In this document: positions 38,080-50,200 of the stretch, piece after piece
How positions within the stretch are numbered: position 1 is the stretch's first letter
Layout of the letters: each line of letters opens with the position of its first letter
Origin: Macrostomum hystrix
Lineage: Eukaryota > Animalia > Platyhelminthes
Direction: 5' to 3'
DNA length: 64,000 nucleotides
Assembly: GCA_950097015.1 (NCBI GenBank)
Contig: CATNEN010000001.1
Span: forward strand, 6,944,001-7,008,000
Notes under the pieces: generated by a model
What the model was told of the DNA's origin: nothing
Databases searched by the model: none
The model's input: the letters and a program-made list of their open reading frames with translations, nothing else
Translations under genes and position numbers: made by a program

Positions 38080-40384
38080 CTGCAGATTTTGAAAAGCTTT
38101 GGTGTTCGGTCAGAAATTATTTTGTAGATTAAAACAGGAGCTGATAGTTCGCTCCATTCAACTTTAATTCACGGCAAATGTTTTGGCGTGATTTAGAAAC
38201 AAGTCACGCACGACTGTCGAAACACGACTGTACGTTCTTTTTATTTCCCACAGACGTCTGTGAGTTGTCTATGGTAAACATTCCGTCTTTCTGCCCGGGC
38301 GAGCGGGAAATAAATCATTTGGCGGAAAAACAGGGAAGACATCGAGAAAGACTAAATAAAGCCCGGAAAATATAAATTTCTAACTCGATGTTTTATGTCT
38401 ATGGTAAAAATACATACTGGTACAGGCTATAGCGTAGGAATTTAACATGGGCTACTTTATGTAGCATCTTGAATGGGACTTAATAACATGGATAGCTAGC
38501 TCATCAGCCGAAAATTTGGGGTAAAATTTTGCTTCTCGAGACCCCGTTCTCGCTCTCCCCGTTCTCCCCGACCCCCGAGACCCCGCGACGATTCGCTTGC
38601 TGTTCCATGGTAAAAACACAGAAGGCTTTCAAGCCCGCGCATTAAAATCTTGAAAATTCTCAGTCTATAATGTACCTTAAACAAGAAGTAAAAGTAAATA
38701 CTCGTATACTGTACACCTCCACAATATTTAGATGGAGGCCAATCGGCGAGAACTGCTCATGAGCAATGCATATTATTATTCATCCTTGGGTTGACTCCCT
38801 GAGAAAAGAGAAATAGAGCTTGAGAGGAAAGAGAGACGTAGATTTGGTAGCTTTCGAGAGTTTGGTAGCTTTAACTGTTACGGCCGACGCTTAGCCTTTT
38901 TTCAGTTTCTTAACGTTTGCCTCGTGATCAGATCGTTCAATCGAGCGCCTGCGGCGAGGTGCAGACGCCGTTGGGATCCGCGATAGATTCTCGGAGACAA
39001 CAGCTAGAAGCTACCTGTTACTTTAAGAGTTTGTGAAGAACGTCAGTCAGAAAGCAGGCATTAGCAGGTTGTACAGAAGCCACTTCATAAGTTTGGTTGA
39101 CTTGTATACTTTTGTATACTTTATTCTTATTACGGTCCTCTGTAAACGCATGTGCTAAATCAGGTTGATGATATTCGTCAACTGCAGAGAAAGTAGGACA
39201 GACTATCCAGGAGATCATGCTGTGAGAGAGCATCGACGGCATGAGATAACCACGGACGACGGTCATTAGTTCGTCTTGAATGATTTCGGCGCAGTGTCCA
39301 CGAGCGCCAGCGGCTAGTCAAGAGTCGCCAACTACCTCCTAAACGGACCCAGCAGCTTCCGAACGCGGCACTGACTGCCGGTAGTCGCGTCCGCTTCCGC
39401 ACGTTTTTTTAAACAAAACTCGGCAGTGGTGTCTCCGAGCCGCAGACAGTCGTCAGTCGCTAAGTCAACACGTTAACGCTTGCTGAAAGCAGTCGTTGGA
39501 ATGTCAGCCGCTCAATTCCGGAGGTTCGCCGAGATTGGAGCGACCGCGATGATGGGTACAATGGAAGCGCCGCCCGAGCCAGCGACGCCAACGCCACCCC
39601 TGCGCCGCTCTGAGAGACTTCGAGCTCTTCCAAATTGTTCGGCAACATCGTGACCCGTGGCTGACAAAATGAACTCATACCAACTGTTCTTCATGACGTC
39701 TTTAAAGCGGCGATGATGTTGAGAATGCATATTTCATTTTCGTTCAGAGACCACAGAAGGATTTCCGGCGATGAACATCGACATGACCAGCGGGTGTGCC
39801 TCAATCTTCGATAAGTGCGCGTGAGTTTTTTCAGCATTGGGATTCCCCGAGGAGAGAGTTAATCCCGACGCCGCATTGTCGGCCCCAGCCGTGAGACACT
39901 GAGTTCGACCTTTCGAAAAGCTCGGATCCTTGAATAGAGCTAAGTACAGGCACGGAACACACTTAGAAAGGCAAATGTAGATAGCAAGAGGGAAAATAGA
40001 CAAAATTTTACGAGAATAACACTATTGTCAAGCCGACTGTCTCATCCAATCAACTATTGAGTTAGAATGATATTTAGCATCTAAACTCTAAAAGGAAGAA
40101 ACTTATCCGTCTAAATAAATATCGGCCGATTAACATCACTAGGATCGCCGTCGTGTAGCGTCGTGATAGCCGTCGTCGTGCATTTATTTATTGCGCTAAC
40201 AGGGGGGGCATAAACCGATAAGGGAGAGGTGGGTCTTGACAAGGGTACACTTGAGTGAGCATGGCTGACAATAACAAGATAGAGTGGGGCGATCGATACG
40301 TTAGTGATGAGCACATCAAAGCCGCGATGAGAAACAGATAGAGACTAAGGGTAAAATTACTGGACAGTAGCACTTTTCCGCGAC

Positions 40385-40672
40385 ACCATGTCTTATCTCC
40401 CCATGTCATATCTCTTTTATGTCTCTCATCTCCCCCATTTCTCATCACCCCATGTCTTATATCTCCGCCATGTCTTATCTCCCCTACGTCTCATCTCACC
40501 CACGTCTCATCTCCTCCACGTCTTATCTCCCCCATGTCTTATCTCCTTATGTCTTATCCATTCCACGTCTCATCTCCCCCATGTCTGATCTCCTCGTGTC
40601 ATATCTCACCATGACTGATTCCCCATGTCTTATCTTTCCAATGTCTCATCTCGCCCATGTCTCATCTCCCTC
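40385..40672. repeat. Degenerate (ccccatgtcttatct)-type minisatellite
   Basis: Recurrent catgtcttatctcc motif. Confidence 0.8.
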
Positions 40673-41281
40673 ATGGGACCTTGTCCCATTGGACCAAAAA
40701 ACCAGCTACCAACCATCACTAGGGCGGGTTCCACTTCCACCTTGGGATCGGCATTGTGGGATTTCCAGCGCTCGGATTGAGCGATCCACAGGTTACAATA
40801 CTATGGTATACTATTGTACAGTTATTGTTTTAATGGTTGCATCTCAGTTTTCAAAGTTCTTTTTAAATTGAAGCGCGCAACTTCTCTGAACATGCGCAAG
40901 GCAGCATCCGCCCAGTCAAAAATCAAAATGAAAATTTCCTGCTTTCTATCCACGTTATCCTCGCTATAATGCTTATGCCAGCTTACATAGCAACACACAC
41001 TACAGCGGCTATTTTCAAATCCCGTATTCCCACTACTAAATTATTAATTAGCCTCTAATGGACAGGGCAGGTCCGTAGGCTAGAGAAAGAGATGAATGCG
41101 TAACACGTCAGTGGCACGTGGGAGGGCTCTGGACAGTTTTGGACAGCATCGCTTAGCAATCGATGAAGAGCTTAACATATTTCTGGCATTCTGGCATAAA
41201 TATAATAAATAAGTAGGATAGCATCGGTCCGACCTAACGGAAACTGTGCAATAAACTCATAACAAGACAGAGGTCTGCACA

Positions 41282-42470
41282 ATGAGACCACCTGCTGTTC
41301 TCATCCGCCACCTGCTCTGCTGCTCGGTACTCCGCTGCGTGTTGGCCGTTGAGTTCGGTCCCATCGGCTGCTATGTGGATAATGTGGGCGTTGTCAGGGA
41401 CCTCAACGGCCTGGCCGGCATGTCCACCATCGGGTCCTACAGCGTGGACACAGGCCAAAAGGGCGTCATTATGAGCTCCATGACTCTGCAGTTATGTAAC
41501 ACCATCTGCAGCATCGGCAGCTTTGTCTACTTTGGTGTCCAGTTTGGAACCAACTGCTTCTGCGCCAACTCCTACGGCAGTCAGGGCGTTGCAGCAGACT
41601 CCGACTGCAACATGCCGTGCGCTGGAGATGCCAGCCAGATCTGCGGAGCTGGCGGACGAAACTCGGTGTACCGACTGCTCTATCTACGTCCTAGTGAGCA
41701 AGTCTGCATATTATTAATATACAGTATATTCTATAAAATGTACTTTTTTCTTGAAAAAAAGAAAAAGAAAAAGAGAATCCAATTATTTTCCAAAAGAATT
41801 TTGTCCAACAGCTTCACATTCTCATTGGCAATTGTCGTAGCCAATTGATGATCGGAATCGCGACCAGGGACTATAAATGCTCCATGCAACTACTAACAGT
41901 ATTTAGTAGTCCCTACTCTTGACTAGAAAGTCGGAGGTTCGAGTCGCGACTCCACTGAAAGATGTGTGTCCTGAAGCGATTGACACTGGCAACTAGCACC
42001 TGCTGGGGTAATTGAGGGTGGGTGGGGCGTCCCACCAGGCCATGGACTGAACAGCCGTGCGCAGCACCGCGATAGTTGCGGCTGTGTTGTGTGCTGTACA
42101 TCAGGCGCCAATGGGGCCATCAATTATTAAAGCTCGAACAACTTTTATAAGCTGTTATAATGACACAATGCATTGAGTTATGGCAATGGCACCTGTGACT
42201 AGCTACACATGATCCTCACAACGGTATTGCATTCCAGTTGGCACACTGTTCGTCCTGCAGACTGGCCGACTGTTCCTGAATGTGAGCTCCTCCAGCGGAC
42301 CGTTCTACCGCAGCCCGCAGCCAATCAGGGGCGACATGGAATGCTTCGTGAACTGCAACGCCGACTGCCAGGCAGTTCTGGTCGGTCCGGGTGTCTGCCA
42401 ACTGCTCAAGTTCCCCGCTGTGCCCCACGAGCTGCTCAACATTCCGGGCGAGTTCTTTGTTCGAGTCTAG
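41282..42470 (+). CDS. Secreted WSC-domain protein with a C-terminal PAN/apple-like module, 214 aa (exons 41282-41693, 42238-42470)
   Basis: Signal peptide. WSC pattern IGCYVD...MTLQLCNTIC...YFGVQFGTNCFCAN...CNMPCAGDASQICGAGGRNSVYR. Phase-1 intron. Exon 2 contains ECFVNCNADCQAVLV...CQL. Confidence 0.85.
41915..42128 (+). mobile_element. SINE family A copy in the WSC gene intron, CORE region largely deleted
   Basis: B-box ggttcgagtc; tail similar to 2530-2650 and 7200-7330. Confidence 0.75.
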
Positions 42471-42685
42471 CCTTCAAGATGAGATCGTCTTCAATATGGC
42501 TCGCGGGTGCAACATCTCAATGAGAGCAAAAAAACGAATATTTAAAATGCCGGTTATATATATATTCCTGAGCAACTCTAATTACTTAAAACTCCGGCCA
42601 GCATTACAATGAAACAATTTTCTAGTTATTTATCAAGACCTTGAGTAGCTACAAAATATACTGACTTGGCTTTGACAAAGACTTG

Positions 42686-43718
42686 GCTCCCAGTCTCTGT
42701 TCACTCCGGGATCACTCTCCCAGTCTCTGTTCACTCCGGGATCACTCTCCCAGTCTCTGTTCACTCCGGGATCACTCTCCCAGTCTCTGTTCACTCCGGG
42801 ATCACTCTCCCAGTCTCTGTTCACTCCGGGATCACTCTCCCAGTCACTGTTCACTCCGGGATCACTCTCCCAGTCACTGTTCACTCCGGGATCACTCTCC
42901 CAGTCACTGTTCACTCCGGGATCACTCTTCCAGTCACTGTTCACTCCGGGATCACTCTCCCAGTCTCTGTTCACTCCGGGATCACTCTCCCAGTCACTGT
43001 TCACTCCGGGATCACTCTCCCAGTCACTGTTCACTCCGGGATCACTCTTCCAGTCACTGTTCACTCCGGGATCACTCTTCCAGTCACTGTTCACTCTGGG
43101 ATCACTCTCCCAGTCTCTGTTCACTCCTGGATCACTCTTCCAGTCACTGTTCACTCCGGGATCACTCTTCCAGTCTCTGTTCACTCCGGGATCACTCTCC
43201 CAGTCTCTGTTCACTCCGGGATCACTCTCCCAGTCACTGTTCACTCCGGGATCACTCTCCCAGTCACTGTTCACTCCGGGATCACTCTCCCAGTCTCTGT
43301 TCACTCCTGGATCACTCTTCCAGTCACTGTTCACTCCGGGATCACTCTCCCAGTCTCTGTTCACTCCTGGATCACTCTTCCAGTCACTGTTCACTCCGGG
43401 ATCACTCTCCCAGTCTCTGTTCACTCCGGGATCACTCTCCCAGTCTGTTCACTCCGTGATCACTCTTCCAGTCACTGTTCACTCCGGGATCACTCTCTCA
43501 GTCTCTGTTCACTCCTGGATCACTCTCCCAGTCTCTGTTCACTCCGGGATCACTCTCCCAGTCTCTGTTCACTCCGGGATCACTCTCCCAGTCTCTGTTC
43601 ACTCCGGGATCACTCTCCCCGTCTCTGTTCACTCCGGGATCATTCTTCCAGTCACTGTTCACTCCTGGATCACTCTCCTAGTCTCTGTTCACTCCTGGAT
43701 CACTCTCCTAGTCACTGT
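42686..43718. repeat. 30-bp minisatellite (cagtctctgttcactccgggatcactctcc)n
   Basis: About 34 copies. Confidence 0.98.
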
Positions 43719-43885
43719 TTTCGAAAACATTTACATTTTTTTCATGAAAACTTAGGTAAATAACTGAATATTTATACAAATGGTTAGTTATTCCGTAAAA
43801 AAGACAACACTTTAAAATGCATGTAAGAAAAGCACAATATATTTATTCTGTACACAAGCATCCTCATAAACTGAACTAAACTTAA

Positions 43886-44258
43886 TGAGTCAGTAGGTCA
43901 GTGTGTCAGTGAGTAGGTGGGTCAGTGGGTCAGTGGGTCAGTGAGTAGGTGGGTCAGTGGGTCAGTGGGTCAGTGAGTAGGTGGGTCAGTGGGTCAGTGG
44001 GTCAGTGAGTAGGTGGGTCAGTGGGTCAGTGGGTCAGTGAGTAGGTGGGTCAGTGGGTCAGTGGGTCAGTGAGTAGGTGGGTCAGTGGGTCAGTGGGTCA
44101 GTGAGTAGGTGGGTCAGTGGGTCAGTAGGTCAGTGGGTCAGTGAGAAGGTGGGTCAGTGGGTCAGTGGGTCAGTGGGTCAGTGGGTCAGTGAGCAGGTGG
44201 GTCAGTGGGTCAGTGATTCAGTGGGTCAGTAGGTCATTGATTCAATGAGTCAGTGAGT
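43886..44258. repeat. (gtgggtca)n-based repeat with a higher-order unit
   Basis: Tandem 8-mers interspersed with gtgagtag. Confidence 0.95.
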
Positions 44259-44259
44259 C

Positions 44260-45360
44260 AAGTACTGACCGCTGCCACCCAGTTGGCCGCAACTGACTGA
44301 GATGGGACTTCGGCAGCTTTTTTCCTACCGTTGTGCGACTCGTTGAGTGTCCAGCTGTGGCTCAGGGCGGGTGGCACCGAGCTGCCTGTGAGGAGTGTGA
44401 GCTGCAGGTCCAGCCTATCTATGGTCCAACTGATCTCTGCTGGGTTGCTCTCATTGAACAATGTCCCAGACGATGTCGTCGGTTGCAGCGCCAGAATGTT
44501 CAGCGCCTGAGTAGCGCCGTCTTCAGTGCCAACCTGCAGTCTGGGTGCGCACTGGGCACTGGACCACACGTACAGCAGGCCGCTGTCTTGGTGCCCTTAA
44601 GCTCGCACTTAACCCGCAGGCCGGCTGCTGACCCACCCAGCTGGCCAGCCTGACTCAGATCCGTGAACCTCTCCGGGTCGCGACTAGTCACCAGTTTTGT
44701 GAGCTTGACTCTCTTGCCCAGTATCTGCTGCTTCTGCGGATAATCCTGCAGCAGCTGCACCAGCGCCGCAGAGATCCTGCAGCGAATTATGTCCGGTGTG
44801 CTCAGCGGTCTTCCCGTTGTTCGTTGGCTGCATTACGACGTTATGCTATTTGCGGACAACATGCAACAGCACAACCAACGTCTTGACGCCTGCCTCACCA
44901 GACTCGCAGAGTGCGGAATGACCGTCAACACGGAAAAGTGCAAGTTCGCACAGAGCACAATAAGCTTCCTCGGCGTCTTACTCTCAGCCAAAGGCATTTC
45001 AGCGCCAGCTGAAAAGATTAAGGCCATTCTGGAATTTCGACCTCCGACGAATGCGACCGAGCTTCGACTTGTTCAGGCGGCAGAACAAGTCGAAGCTACA
45101 CACACCATTCGAAACGAAACCATGGGTCGTTGATTCTGTCAAGGGCGACACATTCACGCTGCTGCGCCAAGGCATGCGTGCGCCAAGGCATGCGTCACCT
45201 GGCTCACATCCAGCCGATCCCGCAGCCGCCGCCCCCGGCAGAACCAGCTGTCGAACAAGCTGCACCCAGCGGCAGTCTGCCTGGAGATGACGAGCCTATC
45301 GCGGCGCGTCGCCACCCCCGAAAGGCGCGGGACGCAGTGATCAGCTACAAAGAGTAATTG
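44260..45360. mobile_element. Rearranged Ty3/Gypsy LTR-retrotransposon relic
   Basis: Plus strand 44765-45068 encodes RT: EILQRIMSGVL...DVMLFA...HNQRL...LTRLAECGMTVNTEKCKFAQSTISFLG...KIKAILEFRPPTNATELR. This is fused to an integrase-tail-like SKLHTPFETKPWVV. Minus strand 44450-44700 has decayed gag zinc-knuckle-like CCTCG...H..C and C..RHRLGH. Confidence 0.75.
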
Positions 45361-45819
45361 TGAGTCTGCGGACAAATTACTGAATGGACTTTATGGACGT
45401 TCAAAATATTTTCGAGAGACTCAGTATCAGTTAGCTTATCAATATTAGCTCTTTAATACTTAAAAGTGCTTCCAAATTTGTCGTTTCCATAAATTGCGAT
45501 TAACCAGGGCTCGATAATTTTCAAAAACATTTTATACCCGATCTTGCTTCAAATATTTTTTTCGGTTACACTTTTCGTTTTTCACTGATCAGTACCATAC
45601 GTACTGACCTACACACGCTCCTTGTCTCACTCTCTCCAATGTGCCGTTCAAACGTGAGCCCCAAAATAATGTACAATTTGGCCCTCCAAATATTACGTAA
45701 TAACAGCTCACGCACTCTGAACTTCAATACAATAAGTATCGATGCAAGATGCCTCAGACTGGGACAAGAAGTTACTTTTATTCAGCGTGCAAATATCGCG
45801 GCCTTGACTTTACTACAAA

Positions 45820-46408
45820 GTCCACAGTCCACAATCCACAATCCACAGTCCACAATCCACAATCCACAGTCCACAATCCACAATCCACAATCCAAAATCC
45901 ACAATCCACAGTTCACAGTCCACAATCCACAATCCACAATCCAAAATCCACAATCCACAGTTCACAGTCCACAATCCAAAATCCACAATCCACAATCCAC
46001 AGTCCACAATCCACAATCCACAGTCCAAAATCCAAAATCCACAGTTCACAATCCACAATCCACAGTCCACAGTCCACAATCCACAATCCACAGTCCAAAA
46101 TCCAAAATCCACAGTTCACAATCCACAATCCACAGTCCACAGTCCACAATCCACAATCCACAGTCCACAATCCACAATCCACAATCCACAGTCCACAATC
46201 CACAATCCACAGTCCACAATCCACAATCCACAATCCAAAATCCACAATCCACAGTTCACAGTCCACAATCCAAAATCCACAATCCACAATCCACAGTCCA
46301 CAATCCACAATCCAAAATCCACAGTCCACAATCCACAATCCAAAATCCACAGTCCACAATCCACAATCCACAATCCAAAATCCACAATCCACAGTTCACA
46401 GTCCACAG
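45820..46408. repeat. 7-bp satellite (tccacaa/tccacag)n
   Basis: About 80 copies. Confidence 0.97.
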
Positions 46409-47212
46409 ACACAGACAGCCTACCTATCTCAGCCTTTCCACTCATTCTCTTTACCAATTCAGCAGTGGGCTTACACAGCTCATCTGTAGTGGTACACCAG
46501 CAGAAAGGCTGAGAGCCCCCTTCCTCCATGAGGTCTTGGAGGCGCAGTAAAATGCATATGTTGCGCACTGTCACCCTTAATCATTCATACAAAACAATCG
46601 TCAGGGTGGGAAATGGACAGAAAGCGAGGAGCAACAGGTCCTTTCACATCAGTCTGGACGACGGTAAGTGCAAAAAAATGCGAAAAAAAGTTCCTGTACG
46701 CCTCTGATTTGATTCTGGATTTATTTACTTTATGCTCGCAACTCAATGTGAGACAAAAAAAGTTACAGATTTAATGCCTTTTTATACAGTTAATTTTTTT
46801 GCGAGGGCCGACTCGTACAACTACGGGCAAAGGCTTAATTAAAGCAGATGTTTTATTACTATGTATCAGGGCTGATAGCTTTATGAGTCTGGGATAAGAT
46901 ATAGCAGACTGATTTCTTCTGGAAATGTTTTGTAAACGTTTTGGATTTGTGACGAAACAGTCGTGAGAGGTACCGTACATTTTTCTTATTTGGTTCTGCA
47001 TATTGGGTTCCGGAGACCGTGTAAATGTTTTCCACGCCTTCTCGTTGCTGACGTCTCGAAAATAGAGTCGCAAAATGAATCACCTTGTGTGCTTTTTTCC
47101 TCCAGTTAAAAATAATAACAAGCAATGGTCTCAAATCTAAAGTTACTACCGCAGTCAGTTACTATCGCTGTAAACGAGTTGTTCTCTCAATTCTATACTC
47201 TCTATTCAGCCA

Positions 47213-50200
47213 TCACTGACAGCTGAGAGCATTCAGGTCAAGCAGCTGCAGCTCAACGCTGCCATGCTCGCCCTTCGAGTTCCCACCATCCGTGGCCTCG
47301 CAGCCGAAGCCGCCGCAGAATGAGCCGCCTCCACCGCCGGCGAGGTTGCCGCGGAGACCGGCGCCGCCGCCGCTGAAGCCACTGCCAGCTCCTGCGGCTC
47401 CACCCATGGTGGTTGGCGGCTCCGCACCGCCTCCTCCGCCGCCGCCGAAGCCGCCGACACCAGTGCTGCCATCACCGGCGCTGCCACCGACCCAGCCGTC
47501 GGCCCGACTGCCGCCTCGATTTCCATCCGAGCTGCTTCGCCTCGGGTTGACGGCCTTGCCTAGCCAGCCAGCTCCGCAGCCTCCGTGATTTGTATCAGCA
47601 AATGTCTCGTCAGGGTTGTTGAAGCCGGGCTGTCCGTTGGAGCCACCGAAGCCTAATTTGGCGTAAACAGTGCAAACCCGGCTGTCTTTTCCGTTGACTC
47701 CATTTGAACCCGCGGATCCTGCAGATTTTAAAAACAATCTTATCAGGCCAAAAAACGATTTGGTGGATAAGAAAACAGTAGCTGATGAAATGATAAAAAA
47801 ATCAAGTAGAGAAACACAAGCTGCACTGTCCTATCACCATAGACTGGTTTCTTATCCACTTAATTGGCGCTTTTGTCTATGGTCGAGTGTAGTTCTATGG
47901 CAGTGGCTGCTACTGCAGGATATGGCAGATTCTAAACGTGATTGACTTATTCTCGACTTGGCTGACAAAAGCAATAGTGGTCCTTGGCTAAACTGTCCAC
48001 AACTTTTGGCCATAGACTTCAGGGGTCGGTGGCAGAGGGGTTAACGCGTTTGCCTCTCGCACCAAGGTCCCTGAGCTCGATTTCGCGGCGAGGCCACATT
48101 CTTTTGGGGCGCAGCCGCGAAGAGAGAAGGCTTGGGGGCTTTTTATGCAATTTATGCCCTTGAGGGTCAATCTCCAATGAGGCACAGTGAACTATACACT
48201 GCCTGACGATGAGAAAGTCAGGGCAGATGTACACACCGGTATGAGCGTGTGCCTGCGTACACCATCAGAGTGCGTGTGTGCTCAGGAGTCAGCAAAATTT
48301 ACGGAATTTTTTTGGCCATAGACTTTTTAAGCGTGCACCGATGATGTATGGCTGCACGCTCAGAAAAAAAATTGTTTCACGCTCTACAATGTGTCCAAAA
48401 GAGAATTGTTTTATCGTGAACCAATTATATTACTAGAAAATGATTTTTAGGACCTACAATGCTTGGGTGTTAGCTGTGTAGCACACACTGTGTTAGCTTG
48501 GAGCACTTCAATTTAATAATGGACAGTGGCAGTAAGGTCGAGTACTCGTACAACTGGGCAGCCATGCTTGCCAGGAAACAGTATCTTATTGATCAACACT
48601 ATTTTATTGCTGCAAGCTAGATAAAAGCAGAAATTGGGAGAAATCCCTGGTCAGAGGGAATGGATCTGACTCCCTACCATCGACGCAAAGTGAAGCTCCT
48701 CCGCCACCGCCAGCCGCCATCAGCAGCCCGCTGCCAGCTGCTCGATACACGAAGCTGCCTCCGCCACCGCCAGCTCCGGCCTTGTCGCTGCTGCTAGCAG
48801 AGCCTGCCTGACCGACCACAATGGTCAGCTGGAGACCGGCTGTCAGGTTGAACCTGCCAGCAACCAGAGCTCCTCTGCCTCCGAAATTATTGTTAAAAAT
48901 GTTGTCGCCGCCCTTGGCACCGGAGACCTCGATACGGTAGCAGCCGGTCATGTTGATCAGCACCGACTGAGTGACACCCAGCCTTCCGGTCGACGTATCT
49001 TTGAGTGTGATGGGCAGGCAGGGAAGGTTGGGAGAGCTCAGAAAAGTGAGCAGAGTTACAAGACTCACTGACGAAGCGACGGTAGCCGATCTGCCTGGCT
49101 TTGAGCAGCTCGCTGAATCCCTCCACCAGCCAGACTGCCGCACCGGCCTCGGCACCCACCAGTCTCCTCACGTGACACTCCGCTGGCCCCGGGACATTCG
49201 ATGCATCCAGCAGCCTGACGGCTTGGCACAGGCCGCTCATCAAATTCCAACTGAACGCTGCGCAGTCACGGAGCAGGCAGAGCAGGGAGCATTCCTGCAA
49301 GGATGAGCTCCCTGACACGGAGGCGACCTCGCTGCACACCGACGAGTGCAGAAGCAGAGGCGCCGGCGACCACTCGAAGCGGCGAGCGACGGACAGCGGG
49401 GCCACCGACTGCGGCACTGACGAAAGAAAGAGTAGAGCAGATCATGTGACACACACACTGTGTGAGCAGCAGATGGTGTGACACACACACTGTGTGAGCA
49501 GCAGATGGTGTGACACACACACTATGTGAGCAGCAGATCATGTGACACACACACTATGTGAGCAGCAGATCATGTGACACACACACTGTGTGAGCAGCAG
49601 ATCATGTGACACACATACTGTGTGAGCAGCAGATCATATGACACACACACTGTGTGAGCAGCAGATCATGTGACACACACACTGTGTGAGCAGCAGATCA
49701 TGTGACACACATACTGTGTGAGCAGCAGATCATGTGACACACACACTGTGTGAGCAGCAGATCATGTGACACACATACTGTGTGAGCAGCAGATCATGTG
49801 ACACACACACTGTGTGAGCAGCAGATCATGTGACACACATACTGTGTGAGCAGCAGATCATGTGACACACATACTGTGTGAGCAGCAGATCACGTGACAC
49901 ACACACTATGTGAGCAGCAGATCATGTGACACACATACTGTGTGAGCAGCAGATCATGTGACACACACACTATGTGAGCAGCAGATCATGTGACACACAT
50001 ACTGTGTGAGCAGCAGATCACGTGACACACATACTGTGTGAGAAGCATATTATGTGACACACACACTATGTGAGCAGCAGATCATGTGACACACATACTG
50101 TGTGAGCAGCAGATCATGTGACACACTGTGTGAGCAGCAGATCATGTGACACACTGTGTGTGCAGAAGATCGTGTGACACACACACTATGTGTGCAGCAG

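Noticed and set aside
38900-40003. GC-richer stretch with short minus-strand ORFs, possibly a decayed transposon or the missing exons of the 38 kb duplicate
   Set aside because: No motif I can identify with confidence and no similarity to the exons at 48678-49416.
42633-43763. Repetitive ORFs here and at 19870, 35700, 45639, 55549, 58381, 59940 and 61942
   Set aside because: Open in several frames or strands because they are minisatellites; several lie in introns of identifiable genes.
48020-48095. tRNA genes here and at ~22440, ~61030-61099 and ~7050
   Set aside because: The cloverleafs are imperfect and continue into shared bodies with tails or TSDs, so they are SINE heads.
48200-48225. 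ctgacga...gaaa resembling a hammerhead ribozyme core
   Set aside because: The segment forms a simple cctgac/gtcagg hairpin. No stems I-III can be built, and the copy at 5790-5812 lacks the core.
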